From Mobula hypostoma (Eukaryota), in assembly GCF_963921235.1 (NCBI RefSeq), contig NC_086109.1:2666001-2730000 (forward strand): DNA of 64,000 bases. Reading direction: 5' to 3'. The position numbers were made by a program, and so were the translations under genes. Below the pieces are notes generated by a model. The model ran no database searches. It saw nothing but the letters and a program-made list of their open reading frames with translations, and was not told the origin of the DNA. Every line of letters starts with the position of its first letter. Within the stretch, counting starts at the first letter, position 1. This document shows, one piece after another, positions 35,991 to 50,204 of this stretch.

Positions 35991-36470
35991 ATTCATAGTC
36001 ATACTTCATTGATCCCGGGGAAAATTGGTTTTCGTTACAGTTGCACCATAAATAATAAATAGTAATAGAACCATAAATAGTTAAATAGTAATATGTAAAT
36101 TATGCCAGTAAATTATGAAATAAGTCCAGGACCAGCCTATTGGCTCAGGGTGTCTGGCCCTCCAAGGGAGGAGTTGTAAAGTTTGATGGTCACAGGCAGG
36201 AATGACTTCCTATGACGCTCTGTGTTGCATCTCGGTGGAATGAGTCTCTGGCTGAATGTACTCCTGTGCCCAACCAGTATGTTATGTAGTGGATGGGAGA
36301 CATTGACCAAGATGGCATGCAACTTGGACAGCATCCTCTTTTCAGACACCACCGTCAGAGAGTCCAGTTCCCTCCCCACAACATCACTAGCCTTACGAAT
36401 GAGTTTGTTGATTCTGTTGGTGTCTGCTACCCTCAGCCTGCTGCCCCAGCACACAACAGCAACAGATAGG
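35990..36470 (-). mobile_element. Rex1/Babar-like LINE 3' end with (TAGTCA)n tail
   Basis: ORF 36137..36475 'AVVCWGS...HPLHNIL...SFLPVTIKLYN'; same family as 37080-37303. Confidence 0.8.
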
Positions 36471-37079
36471 TACATGGATGATCGGGGTATGTAGGGCTAT
36501 GGTCCTGGTACAGGTTGATGGAAGTAGCCAGTTTAAATGGCTTGGCACAGACTAGATGGGCTGAAGAGCCTGTTTCTTTGTTGTACTTTTCTTTGACTCT
36601 ATACATCGTAGAAATTTTCTAGAGTCTTTGAGCACATACCAAATCTCCTCAACCTTCTAATGAAGTACCAGCCCAGTGCGCTTTCTTTGTGATTGCATCA
36701 ATATGTTGGGCTCAGCGTAGGTGCTTGAAATGTTGGAACTGCTTGCCCTTGAGTGCAAGGTGGTGGTTGTGACACCATCAACCAGCCAATACATCTCACT
36801 CCTGTGTACCCCCTCATCACCATCTGACATTCAAAAGATTATCATTGGCAAATCCATGGACGGGATTTGATGGCGTTCTTCTCACTGCACTCTCACTCTC
36901 ACCTGGTTGCTTAATAAAGGATCAAATATATTTTTCCAACTTTGAAACCTTATTCTTGGATTCAAATGGAAGGCGTATCATACAGCATACAGATTTAACA
37001 GCCCACCCATCCTACCCCCACTCCATGCTTAGTCTGTAACAGTGGTGTTTGTTAGAGTAGCTGCTACACCTAAAAAACT

Positions 37080-37303
37080 TAGTCATAGTCATACTTTATT
37101 GATCCCAAGGGAAATTGGTTTTCGTTACAGTTGCACCATAAATAGTTAAATAGTAATATGTAAATTATGCCAGGAAATAAGTCCAGGACCAGCCTATTGG
37201 CTCAGGGTGTCTGACCCTCCAAGGGAGGAGTTGTAAAGTTTGATGGCCACTGGCAGGAATGACTTCCTATGACGCTCAGTGTTGCATCTCGGTGGAATGA
37301 GTC
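37080..37303 (-). mobile_element. Second copy of the same LINE 3' end
   Basis: Near-identical to ~35990-36245. Confidence 0.8.
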
Positions 37304-37865
37304 TAGAAACATAGAAAATAGGTGCAGGAGTAGGCCATTCAGCCCTTTGAGTATGCAACACCATTCAGTATGATCATGGCTGATCATCCAACTCAGAACC
37401 CTGTACCAGCCTTCCCTCCATACCCCTGATCCCTTTAGCCATAAGGGTCATATCTAACTCCCTCTTAAATATAGCCAATGAACTGGCCTCAACTGTTTCC
37501 TGTGGCAGAGAATTCCACAGATTCGCCACTCTCTGTGTGAAGAAGTTTTTCCTAATCTTGGTCCTAAAAGGCTTCCCCTTTATCCTCAAACTGTGACCCC
37601 TCGTTCTGGACTTCCCCAACATCGGGAACAATCTTCTTGCATCTAGCCTGTCCAATCCCTTTAGGATTTTATACATTTCAATCAGATCGCCCCTCAATCT
37701 TCTAAATTCCAACAAGTACAAGCCTAGTTCATCCAGTCTTTCTTCATATGAAAGTCCTGTCATCCCAGGAATCAATCTGGTGAACCTTCTTTGTACTCCC
37801 TCTATGGCAAGGATGTCTTTCTTCAGATTAGGGGACCAAAACTGCACACAATACTCCAGGTACTT
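37304..37865 (-). mobile_element. CR1 3' fragment
   Basis: ORF 37374..37919 'LEYCVQFWSP...QRVANLWNSLP'; TAGAAACA tail. Confidence 0.9.
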
Positions 37866-37892
37866 GGTAGTGTTCACATTACAATAATTAGC

Positions 37893-38095
37893 CAGCTGGT
37901 GCTGTAGTGGCATCTGCACAGGATATCAAGGCAAGTGGGTCTAGGTTCGAATCTGTCTGGCTCCTTGCTTGCTTTCCATCCATGCTGGATTGAGCATCAA
38001 GCTAGCAACTAGGCCTTGTTAGAAAACAACAAATGCTAAAGAAATGACAAGATTGCTGCCTGTTGTGTCACAAGGCGCAGAGAGGAATGACAACA
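37893..38095 (+). mobile_element. tRNA-derived SINE
   Basis: GGTTCGAATC B box; body matches the reverse complement of 22562-22686. Confidence 0.7.
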
Positions 38096-39308
38096 TTACA
38101 ATAATTACCTGACTTTTACACTTTCACAATTGTTTACCAAGAACCTATTTTCTTTGTGGTATTTGATCCTTGTTGTATCTCCATCTCCATTGGAGTTGCT
38201 TCTATCTGCCTGATGAATGGAACTTCGCCTTCATTTGCTCAAAGTCAGTTTCCCATCCTCTCGGCAACTAGATATCAAGTTCAAGTCTAATTATCTTTGA
38301 ACCAAACACAAATATAGCCAAACAAAACAGTGTTTCTCTAGAGCCAAGGTACAAAACACATTACCAACAGCACACAGCACACTGCACATAGTATATAGCA
38401 CAGACTGCACAAAAGCACAGGAGCAAGCTGGCCATTTTCATTAAATCCTTTCACGCCTATCCAACAGGTATGTGAAGATCACTCAGCTGGGACAAAAGAT
38501 GTGTCTACTCTCTCGTGCCTGCCTACTTACACTTCAATGTAAGGCATTGTGTCTATGAACATGTATTAGCATGTATGTGAGTAGGCAGGCAGGTAGGTAT
38601 CATAGGAAGGGATTGCTCCATAGATAACACAACAGTTCACTGGAGCAGGGTGTGTGTGTGTGTGAATTGAGATCTCACAACAGTTCAGTGGAGCTGGGGG
38701 ATGAAACATCTGGAGGAACACGGGGTCGGGCAGCATCTGGTGGAGGGCTGGGTGGTTGAGATTCTTCACAAGGAAAATAGAAGGCAATAGCCAGTAAAAG
38801 GAATTTACTGTAACTTGATTGACCAGTGGAATGTGAATAAATCTTCTTTAGGAAAGGGAAAATGTGAGTTAGATACCAAGCAAAACTCCCTCGACACTGT
38901 CCTGTTATACTTCAAAGGCTGTGTTTAGAGTGGATGGCAGCTTCAGTGTTGCAAGAGGAAGTGGTTTTGGAGTGGGATGCTGGCTGCCAGTTCTCAGAAT
39001 AGAACCTGAAATAGGCAAATGTTCACACAGAGTGGGAAGGACTTGGCAGAGATATAGAAAAGGCCAAGTGATCAACGTCCTCCCAGACCACAGCAACGAG
39101 GCTCTTGTGCATATGGACAGGTTTCACAGGATCAGGGGGAAGGGATCATAATGGAGGGAGAGAGGAATGGAGGAAAAGAGGGAGATGTAGGTAGAGCAGG
39201 AAGGAGAACCTGTTCTCAGAAAGATCCAGAGGAGTTGGGCCATCCATCTTCTCTGATTGAATACCGTTGACATTGACTGTAGCCCCGATCACACAATGGG
39301 ATACTGGA

Positions 39309-39342
<34 letters not shown>

Positions 39343-39429
39343 TGTGTTTCTGTGAACCCAAAACACACAGCGGGACTCTGGAGTAAGGGAAACAAACAAG
39401 TAGTTTCTCAGGAAACTCAGCTGGTCAGG

Positions 39430-39760
39430 GCACATCTGCAGGGTCCTGATCTTTCATCTGAAAAATGGCAAGGACACTACCATTGAGAAGAGGGTTGTAG
39501 CAAGAGCTGGCAGGAAATAGGTGGATCACGGTGAGGGGGTTGTGATGATTGATAAGCAGATGGTGGGGAGAAGAGAGGAAATTGTGGCAGAGGCTGTGAG
39601 GTGATAGATGGAGGCAACAAATGGAATCTACTCGGGGAGGAAGGTCGAGTAAGGAACCAGATAAGGGAGGAGGGTGTGTCCATGGTGGGGGTGCTGGGGA
39701 AGAGCATAGCACCAGCAAATGAAGGGGTGGATTTGTTGCAAGGGAAGGAAGGCTGGGAAG
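39430..39760 (-). mobile_element. Penelope-like terminal repeat remnant
   Basis: Minus strand 'ccccaccatctgcttatcaatc...gatccacctatttcctgccagctcttgct' followed by a degenerate CAGATGAA box. Confidence 0.5.
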
Positions 39761-40459
39761 TGGAAGAAGTCTCTCCAGGCCATTCCCCTTGAGGAACAAT
39801 TGCTGGCAGTTTCCCCTGCGCCTGAGATGGGGCATTTGGAGCCTCCGGAGTTTAGCAAGGGCCAAGGGGATGAGGTGATGGGGGCTGAGGATTCCTCCGT
39901 AATGCAGGTCACTCCACGTGTCAATAGGAGAAAGAGAAGCAGGCCTATGTTCTCTCAGACCCCAAACAGCCCTGCTGGCCACCTGAGGGAGATGATTTGC
40001 CCTCTGTCAGGGCAGCATCGGCAAGGAATGTGTCTTCTGTGCTGGTGGAGGCCAGAAGATCAGGGGAAAGATGAAGGGAGAAATTTGTCCTGTGGGGTTG
40101 GTTTCTGCCTTGAGGTGCAGTCTTTCATTGATTCTATTTTATTTCTTGTATTTACTGTGATTGCCCTGAGGGGACAGATCAGCCTTGTGGGGGTAGTTTC
40201 CCAGACTATGTCCTTTATTGACACGGTGTGCCCTGTTGAGTGGCAGCTGACCCTGGACTCTGAGGGGAATAAGGATACCCTGGGACATCGGTGAGCACTA
40301 GTGGAGATGCAAAGGCGTCTGGATAGAGAAGACTATGCCTTAATGTGAAGCAATTTACAGTAAATTATGAGACTAGTGGAATATTGTAGTCTGTTGTAAT
40401 ATAATGTAATAATTACAGAATAAATCTTTGAAAAAGGCAGAAAGGAAGAATTAAGTGCA

Positions 40460-41420
40460 GACGAAGACCATAAGACATGAAGGAGCAGAATTTGGCCATT
40501 TAGCCCATCGAGTCTGTTCCATCATTCCACCATGGCAGATTTATTATCCCTTTCAAGCTCATTCTCCTCCCTTCCCCCCATCGCCTTTGACACCCATAAT
40601 GATCAGGAACCAATCAACCTCTGCTTTAAATGTACCCACTGACAACCTGCACAGCTGTCTGTGGCAATGTATTCCACAGCATCACCAACATCCGGCTAAA
40701 GAAATTCCTTCTCATCACTGTTCTAAAGGGACATCCTTCTGTTCTGAGGCTGTGCCCTCTGGTCCTAGACTCCCCCACGATAACATCCTCTCAACGCCTG
40801 CTCTATCTGGGCTTTTGAATATTCGGTAGCTTTCAATGAGAATCTCCTTCATTCTGCTAAACTCCTGTGAAGAGAGACCCAGAGCCATTAAAACTTTCCT
40901 CATATGTTAATCGTTTTGTTCGCAGGATCGTTCTCGTGAACCTCCTCTGAACCCTCTCCTGTGCCCCAAAACTGCTCACAATACTCCAAGTGTGATCTGA
41001 CCAATGCCTTACAAAGACTTGGCATTACACCCTGGCTTTTATGTTCTACTCCTTATGAAATGAACGCTAACATTGCATTTTCCTTCCTCACCACAGACTC
41101 AACTTGCAAGTTACCCAATAGGGAGCCCTGGATCAGGACTCCAGTTGCTTTGCATCTCTGCTTTCTGAGTTTGTTCCCCATTTAGAAAATAGCTTACACT
41201 TTTCTTCCTTCTACCAACGTGCGTGACCATGCACTTCTCTACACAATATTCCATTTGTCACATCTTTGTCTTTCTCCTAATCTGTCTAAATTTTTCCACA
41301 GACTCACGACTTCCCTGGCAGTACATTTGTCATTGTATCATCTGCAAAGTCGGCCACAAACCGATCAACTCCGTTTCCAGATCATTGATGTAAAATGTGA
41401 AAGGAAGTGGTCAAACAAAG
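40460..41420 (-). mobile_element. Decayed CR1 3' portion
   Basis: AAGACCATAAGACAT tail at ~40463; RGDLIE-like ORF 40715..40903. Confidence 0.8.
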
Positions 41421-43332
41421 CTCTTTTCTACATTGTCCCAGTACACTCCTAGGGCTATACATCTGCCAGGAGCGTGGTGGTGTTGTGGCTTTTCTCAAGA
41501 AAGATGAAGGGTGACAGGCAGTATAAAGGAATTTGCTGTAAATTGTTTGACCAGTGGAATGTTGTAATTTGTTAAGAGGTGATCCTGTAATCACTTAATA
41601 ACTCTTCAAGGAAGGGAAGGTGTGTGAGTTAGATACAGAGCAAGGCTCCCTCTTCTCTGTCCCAACATACTGCAAAGGCTGTGATCAGAGAGTGATGAAC
41701 AGCTTCAGTAACTCAAGAGGCAGTGGGTTCAGAGCTGAACATGCTGGCTGCTACTTCTCAAAATAAAGCTCGAGAGACCGATAAGTGGACATGAAGAGTG
41801 GGGAAGGACTTACCAGGGACGTAAAGAGGCCAAGTGGACAAAGTGCCCTCAGCCCCTCAAACATCAGGGTTAAGTACACTCACTTGCCCATCCACTGAGA
41901 TATTCCCACAACCAAAGAGCTCACTTTAAGGTTATTTCATGTTCTCATTATTTATTGCTATCTATTTATATTAGCATTTGCACAATTTGTAGTCTTCTGC
42001 ACTCTACTTGATTTCTCTTTGAACTGTAATAGTTACTGCTCGATAGATTTTCTGACCACACCCATAGGAAAATGAAGCTTAGGCTTGTACCTGTATGCAG
42101 TTTCATATATACTCTGATAATAAAGTTTACTTTGAACTTTGTCCTCCCAGAGCCCAGCAACAGGGATCATTTGTAAAATGGAGTCATTTTGCAGGATCAG
42201 AGAGAGGGGGCTCATGATGGGAAGAGGGACTGGATGGAGGGAGTATGTGTGTGTGTGTGTGTGTGTGTGCACGAACCCACATCACACAACAGCACAGGAC
42301 TGTGGGAGGAAAACTGGGAAATGCACAAAACTCTTTACAGGCAGCAGCAGGAATTGAACCTGCGTCACCTGTACTGTAAAGACGTGCGCTAACCATCATG
42401 CTACCATTATGGTTACTGTTACCATTACGCCAACTATGCTACGATTGATAGCTCCCTGTTTCTCCCTCTATCCTTTCCTAAATAGTTGGATAACATTTGC
42501 TATTCTCCAATGCAGAGGAATTTATGGAATTCTGTAAGTTGATAACCAAAGCATCCCTTTTTTGTCGCCATCTCTTCCAAAACCACGGGGATGTAGACCA
42601 CTGGGTCTTTGGGATTTATCGACAGAAGTATGTACTTCTGTCTTTCATGAGTACTGTGGGTCACTTAATTGTTGTCCCACCTAGAATCGTTAAAGCCTTA
42701 TGCATTCTGTTTAATCTTGTCAAGTTTATTTTGACTGACACGGGTTTTCTATGTACTGTGATTATTTAAAATGAACTCCCAATTAACACCCAATGGTGGT
42801 TCCTTGTGCTTCGAGAATGATTTCTTTCACAGAGTCGCACCCACAAGCCACCGATATTCTGTTGGGATTCCAATGCATGAACTCATCTTCTATCTCCACA
42901 TGAGAGTCTGTTGCTCCTCTGCACCTGGATTCAGTTGTCTCCCAGCACACACCGTGACACACACTGTGACACACACAGTGACACACACTGTGACACACAC
43001 CTTGACACTGTCTGCTACAATGCAGGTAGTCAACAGCTAGGTCCAGGTATAACAGGCTCAGCAGATTCTTTTGAAATGCTTCATCTCAGACTTCTCCCTC
43101 TTGGTCGTGCACTTCTTGTACACTTGATAAAAGTGATGATCGTGAGTCTTGCCCACGTCCCACCTAGACTTCAAAAAGGGAAGGTCCAGAACCTTTGGAA
43201 TGAATCCTGGAGTTGGCCACCTTCCAGCAGCCAGTTGCTAAAGTGCTTACGTGGACCCCACTCGTGTGCACGGCAGGACGAACTCTGCCCACGCCAAGTG
43301 ATGGAATGAGTATGAAACTGGACTCATAGTGG

Positions 43333-43959
43333 TGTGAGGGGATCCAGGAGTGCCCCTATTGACTGCTTGAAGAGAGACGGAGAGAGAGTTATTTATCACC
43401 GATATGTTGCTTTTGAAAAGAGAGAGAGAGAGAGAGACGGAGAGTAACGGTTGGACTGCCATTTCAAGGCATTGGAAGTAACTTTGGATTTCTACTGAGT
43501 TTGGAGTTGGAGACAGCACGGAGCAGCTCAAAAGTTGCTATGGTGACTGACAGCAGTTTGTTGATGTTAGTTTCAAGGACTTGTTGCCTGCTTGCACTTC
43601 TTTGCAGACAAAGGAAGGAGGGACTCTTTGAATGACAGGTGACGTTTAGCCTGGTGGGATAAGTAGGAAGTCAGATGATACAGACCTCAGACACATGATC
43701 TGGACACTGAATGAGCATTGCTGTGCCCGCAGAGAAAGTGGGTTTTGGAAGATCGATCAGGCGGATCGATCCAAATTGCTATTCCAGCGGTGAAGAAGGG
43801 GTTGACCAGTGGGGAGTTGTCTATTTGTCCACCCTTGCCGGGGTGATAGCTCCACCACAGAAGACCGTCCCCCTGGTTAAAGTCACAGTCGGTGACTTGT
43901 GAAGGATTTCGGAGGATGACGAGAAGATCAACGGCATCAGCTCACCTGAAGACTCAACT

Positions 43960-43992
<33 letters not shown>

Positions 43993-44282
43993 ACTACTCA
44001 ACTAAATACCATGAACTGAACTGAACTGAACTTTACTCAACATCGTAAGACTGTATCTTTTTACCCCTAGACTTAAAGAAGCTTGGTTTTCATACATATA
44101 TTTCCACACTTACTGATTTACGTACTTATATATATATTCATTGCTACCCTGTTTGATTTATCTACATATATATTACTGTATTGCATAGTTACTAATAAAT
44201 ATTAGTAGTTTATAGCAATATTGGACTCCAAAGTGTTTCTATTTTTGCTGGTTTCTTTATCCCCGTCACGGCGTATCTGACG
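43333..44282 (+). mobile_element. Solo LTR of the same family as the Gypsy at 51867-60461 (opposite orientation)
   Basis: Reverse complement of 51867-52854; TGTGAG start; GTGG TSD at 43329-43332 and 44283-44286. Confidence 0.9.
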
Positions 44283-44399
44283 GTGGATATCAGAGATGTT
44301 TGCTGCTCCAATTATAGACGGTCTCCTCCTTCAGATCCTTGCAACTGTTACACCAATGCTTGATCACACTGGGACTGGAGCAACACTCCCTCTTAAGGG

Positions 44400-44725
44400 T
44401 AGATTTGAATTTCAACAAGGAGGCATCCGTTAGTCTCATGAGACCATGGATTTGCACCTTGGAAAGTTCCCAGGGCGCAGGCCTGGGCAAGGTTGTACGG
44501 AAGACCAGCAGTTGCCCATGCTGCAAGTCTCCCCTCTCCACGACACCGATGTTGTCCAAGAGAAGGGCATTAGGACCCATACAGCTTGGCACCGGTGTCA
44601 TCACAGAGCAATGTGTGGTTAAGTGCCTTGCTCAAGGACCACACGCTGCCTCAGCCAAGGCTTGATCTAGCGACCTTCAAATCACTAGACGAACACCTTA
44701 ACTGCTTGGCCACATGCCAACACTC
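44400..44725 (+). mobile_element. Interspersed repeat (RTE-tail/SINE-like)
   Basis: 'ttagtctcatgagaccatggatttgc...aagtgccttgctcaagga', recognised as a common repeat; family uncertain. Confidence 0.5.
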
Positions 44726-45251
44726 CCACTGGAAATTAAAATGGAATGATTCGTGTTGTTTCCCCCCCCCCCCACCCTCCGCCCCAGCACCAAAGGAGAC
44801 AGGTGGCTACAATTAAAATGGGCTCCACGGGGTGTGGAAACTTGGCACAACCCGAGTGAGACTCACCATTTTTTATAGATGCACCAAAACAAGCATCCTG
44901 TCTGGATGCATCACAGCTTTGTATGGCCACTGCTCTGAATATGAAATGGCAGAGAGCTGTGAATGCAGCCCAGTCTGTCACACAAAGCAACCTCCCTTTC
45001 ATAGACTGTGTCCTCACTTACCACCACCTCAGAAAAGGAGACAACATCATCAAAGAGCCCACACACCACAGTCATTCTCTCTTCTCTCCCCAGTCCACCC
45101 CCACACTGTCCAACTGACCCAAAAATCTGTCCTACTCTCCTGAACACCCGACCCCACATGCTGCCTTCCCCCAACACTCTCCCCAAAGTCTCCACACTTT
45201 GTCTCCCTTGCAAAGGCCGACTCCACACTGTTTCACCACCGACCCCAATAA

Positions 45252-45290
<39 letters not shown>

Positions 45291-45369
45291 CACACACACA
45301 CACACACACACATATAGGGTCAGGGTGGAGATCGGAGAGTGGGGAGGGGGTTGATGACTGGGCTAGATC

Positions 45370-46280
45370 ATCCATTGTCAATATATAAGTTTGCTGATGA
45401 CACCACAATTGTAGGCCGTATCTCGGGTAATGAGTTTGAGTACAGAGGGGAAATTAAGAACCTGGTGGCATGGTGCGAAGACAATAACCTATCCCTCAAC
45501 ATCAGCAAGATGAAGGAATTGGTTGTTGACTTCAGAAGGAGTAGCGGACCGCACGACCCCATTTACATTGGTGGTGTGCAAGTGGATCAGGTCAAAAGCT
45601 TTAAGTTCCTTGGGGTCAATATCACAAATGACCTGACTTGGTCCAACCAAGCAGAGTCCACTGCCAAGAAGGCCCACCAGCGCCTTTACTTTCTGAGGAA
45701 GCTGAAGAAATTTGTCCTGTCCCCTAAAACCCTCACTAATCTTTATAGGTGTACCGTAGAAAGCATTCTTCTAGGGTGCATCACAACCTGGTATGGAAGT
45801 TGTCCTGTCCAAGATCGGAAGAAGCTGCAGAAGATCGTGAACACAGCGCAGCACATCACATAAACCAATCTTCCATCCTTGGACTCACTTTACACTGCAC
45901 GCTGTCGGAGCAGTGCTGTCAGGATAATCAAGGACACGTCCCACCCAGCCAACACACTTTTCGTCCCTCTTCCCACTGGGAGAAGGCTCAGGATCTTGAA
46001 GACTCGTACGGCCAGATTGGGGAACAGCTTCTTTCCAACTGTGATAAGACTGCTGGACGGATCCTGACCCGGATCTGGGCCGTACCCTCCAAATATCCGG
46101 ACCTGCCTCTCGGTTTTTTTTTTGCACTACCTTACTTTCCCTTTTCTATTTTCTATTTATGATTTATAATTTAAATTTTTAATATGTACTATCGATTTGT
46201 ACTCCAGGGAGCATGAAGCGCAGAATCAAATATCGCTGTGATGATTGTACGTTCTAGTATCAACTGTTTGGCGACAATAA
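45370..46280 (+). mobile_element. Young Rex1/Babar 3' fragment
   Basis: ORF 45339..45863 (KFADDTTIVG...WCEDNNLSLN...QRLYFLRKL) and 45879..46067; (AAAGTAT)n tail. Confidence 0.9.
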
Positions 46281-47439
46281 AGTATAAAGTATAAAGTATA
46301 TTCAATGGTGCGAGAGACTGGGTAGCTTGAGGGGCCAAAGTCAACTCCTGTTCTTGTTTCCCTCTGTGTGTGTGTGTGTGTGTGTGTGCGTGTGAGAGAG
46401 AGAGAGCGGAGTGGAGAGATCTGAGGAAAAATGCAGACAGAGAGGGAGAGACACAGACTAAGAAACTGAGAGAGGAACGTGGACACTGAGACTTCTAAAG
46501 AGAAATTGAGGTAAATTGAAAGAGATGTGCTGTCCGATACTATGAGAAAGAGGGAGATGAATGGACAAGAGAGCTAGACAGAGAGGTTGTGGGTAAAGGA
46601 ACGGAGTCTGAGAGAGGGAGAGAGCAAGGGATGGACCGAGACTGTGGTTGGAGATGTGGAGAGAGTTAATGGGATGTGTTTGAGTTTACTGCTTGTGCTC
46701 TATGCTTGTTTGGAGTAGTATTGTCTGCTCCCCATCACATTGTATTGGATAGGTGTGACAGAGCCAGTTTCCATGCCTTTAGTTACTATCTCTCAACCAG
46801 CAAGCTCTTGTATAAAAGTGAATAACTACCCTCATTGTCCCATCATTAAATGTTCTTCCACCAAAGTTCTCACTTTAAGGATTCATAATCTCATTATCTC
46901 ATGTTCCCAATATTCATTGCTATTTATTTATATTTGCATTTGCACAGTTTTTTTTGTCTTTACTCTGGTGGATCTTTCATTGATTCTGTTTTAGTTACTA
47001 TTCTGCCCAAAGGAAAATAAATCTCAGGGTTGTATATGGTGATATATATGCACTTTGATAATAAAATTTACTTTGATCGCTTTGAAGTTTATTTGATTCT
47101 AATATTTGTTCTCCAAGCTGAACCAAATGAAATACAAGTTTTGAGTTCAAGCCCACGTTTCAACTTTAATTATCATTCAAATATACATGGATAGAGCCAC
47201 ACGACAAGGTTCAAAACACATACCAACAGCATAGCACATTGCTCAAATCACACATTTGTTTATTCATCAGTTCAGATAAACATAGTCACAAAGAGAAAAA
47301 AAATACATAGCCCGAGACTTTGAGTTGTCCTGGTCCAGCTTGTTCTTCCAGCAAGTGAACACTGGAGGGCAGCACAGACAGGAGGTCTCAGACCCCAACC
47401 CAGTATGAAATCTGATTTGGACAATCCACAGAGTGTAGT

Positions 47440-50204
47440 GAGAATGGTTGTGGGGACAGTGTATTTTGTGTGGTATGTGGGAAGTCTGGGACACCTCCAG
47501 TCTCTCCGATAAATACAACTGCACCAGGTGCACTGAGTTTCAGCTCCTGAGAGAACATATTAAGAAACAGGATCTCAGCTTGATGACCTTTCACTCATAT
47601 GGGAGAATGAAGAGGAGATAGAAAAGAACTAGAGGGAGGTAGTTACCCCTGGATTTCAGGAGTGAGGTAACTGAGAGACTGCCAGGAGAAGGAGGGGAAA
47701 TGCACAGTCAGTGCAGAGTACACCTGTGGCCATTCCCCTCAATAATAATTTCAGATACTCTTGAGGGGGATGACCTACCAGGGAGGAGCCACTCTGTCAC
47801 TGAGTCTGGTGCTGTGGCTCAGATGAGCAGAGAGGTGAAGAGAACTGCAGTACTGATAGGAGATTTCTTCATCAGAGTAACAGAGATGAGGTTCCGTGGG
47901 TGAGATAGGGACAACCTGTATGTTGCCTCCCTGGTGTGAAAATCAGGGATATCTCGATTCCCGTCCGTGGCAATCTCAAGGGTGAGACTGAGCAGCCAGA
48001 AATCTTGAAACATCTTGGCACCAATGACATAGGTTGATAAGGTGAGGAGGTCCTGAAGACAGGTTTTATGGAGCTGGGTAGAAAGCTGAGAAACAGGACC
48101 ATCAGGATAGTACTCACTGGATTGCTGCCTGTGCCATGTGCCAGTGAGGGTAAGAATAGGATGATCTGGCAGGTGAATATGTAGCTGAGGAACTGGAGCG
48201 TGAGGCAAGCGATCAGATTTATGGATCTTTGTGATCTCTCCTGGGGCAGCTATGACCCGTACAGAAAGGACAGGTAACACCTGATACCGAGGGTCTCCAA
48301 TATCCTTGCGGGCAGGTTGGCTGGAGTTGTTTGGGTGGGTTTAAACAAGTTCAGCAGGGGGCTGGGAACTGGAATGATAGTGCTGAAGATAAGCGCTATC
48401 AGATGCAAACAGATGCAATGTGTAGTGAGACTCCTAGCAGGGAGAGCTACATGATAGGGAATAATTGCAGACAACAGGAATAGTTGTAATGTAAATGTGT
48501 TCAAAATCGAGAAAGGTGAATTCAGAACTAAAGGTGTTATATTTAAATGCGGGCAGAATATGGAATAAGGTTGATAAACTTGTAGCACAGTTACAGATTG
48601 GCAAATGATGTTGTAGGCATCACTGAATTCAGGCTGAACGATGATTAAAGCTGCATTTTATGTCCAAGGATACACAATGTATTGAAAGAATAGACAGGAA
48701 GGCAGAGGTGGTGATGTTGATCTGTTGGCAAAAAATGAAATTAAATCATTAGAAAGAAGTGATTTAGGGTCAGAAGATGTTGAATTGTTGTGGATAGAGC
48801 TAAGGAACTGCAAGGGTAAAAAGACCCCGACGGGTGTTATCTACAGATGCCCAAACAGTAGTAAGGATGTGGTCTACAAGTTACAATGGGAGATGAGAAA
48901 TGGCTGCAAAAGGGCAATGTTACGTCGTCATGAGGGATTTCAATATGCAAGTAGATTGGGAAAATCAGGTTGGTGTGGGATTCCAAGCGAGGGAATCTCT
49001 AGCATACCAGATATCTTTCTAGAGCAGCTTGTGTTTGAGCCCTGTCGGGGATCAGCTATTCAGGACTGGGTGATGTGTGATGAACCAAAATTGATCAGAG
49101 AGCTTAAGGTAAAAGAAACCTGAGGAGTAAGGTATCATTATGTCGTCAAGTTCACACTGAAATTTGAGAAAGAGAAGCTAAAATCAGATCTTTCAGTATA
49201 ACAGTGGAGTAAAATATATCACAGAGGCATGAGAGAGGAGTTGTCCAGAACTGATTCGAGAAAAAAATCACAGGCAGGGATGACAGCGGAGAAGCAACGG
49301 TTGCAATTTCTGAAAGCAATTCAGATGACTCAGGATATATAAATCTCAAAGAGTGAGAAGTATTCTAAAGGCAAGATGACACAACCATGGCTAACCAGGG
49401 AGGTCAAGGCCAACATGAAGGCCAAGGAGAGGGCATATAACAAAGCAAAAAAATTAGTGGGATGTTAGGGGACTTGGAAGATTTTAAATACCAACAGAAG
49501 CCAACTAAAAGTCATTAAGAAGGAAAATACCGAATAAAGCTGGCCAATAATATTAAAGACAATACCAACAATTTCTTCAGGACCATAAAGTGTAAAAGAG
49601 AGGTGAGAGTGGATATTGGGCCACTGGAGAATGATACTGTAATTGGGGACAAGGAAATGGCAGACAAACTGAATAAATATTTTGCATCAGTATTACTGTG
49701 GAAGAATCTAACAGTGTGGTGGAAGGTTCAGGTATCAGGGGTCATGTAATGTGTGAAGTTACCACGAGTAGAGAAAAGGTCCTTGGGAAACTGAAAGGTC
49801 TGATGGTAGATAAGACACCTGGAACAGATGGTCTACACCCCAGGCTTCTGATAGAGGTGGCTGAAGCGATTGTGAAGACATTAGTAATGATCTTTCAAAA
49901 ATCACTGGAGTCTCTAAGGGTTCCAGAAGACAGGAAAATTGCAAATGACACTTCATTCTTCAAGAAAGGAGAGAGGCAGAAGAAAGGAAATTATAGGCTA
50001 ATTAGCCTGACCTCAGAGGTTGGAAAAATGTTGGATTCGATTGTTAAGGATGTGTTTTTGAGCTACTCGGAGTCACATTATAAAATATGCCGTAGTCAGC
50101 ATAGTTTTCTCAAAGGAAACTTTGGCCTGACATATCTGTTGGAATTCTTTGAAAAAATAACAAGCAGGACAGACAAAGGAGAATTGGTTGATGCTGTAAA
50201 CTTG
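47440..50204 (+). mobile_element. Old CR1 (ORF1 esterase and ORF2 remnants)
   Basis: 'AVLIGDFFIR', ORFs 48725..49123 and 49698..50240 (KKGNYRLISL); a few CR1 bases resume after the LTR at 50782-50808. Confidence 0.85.
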
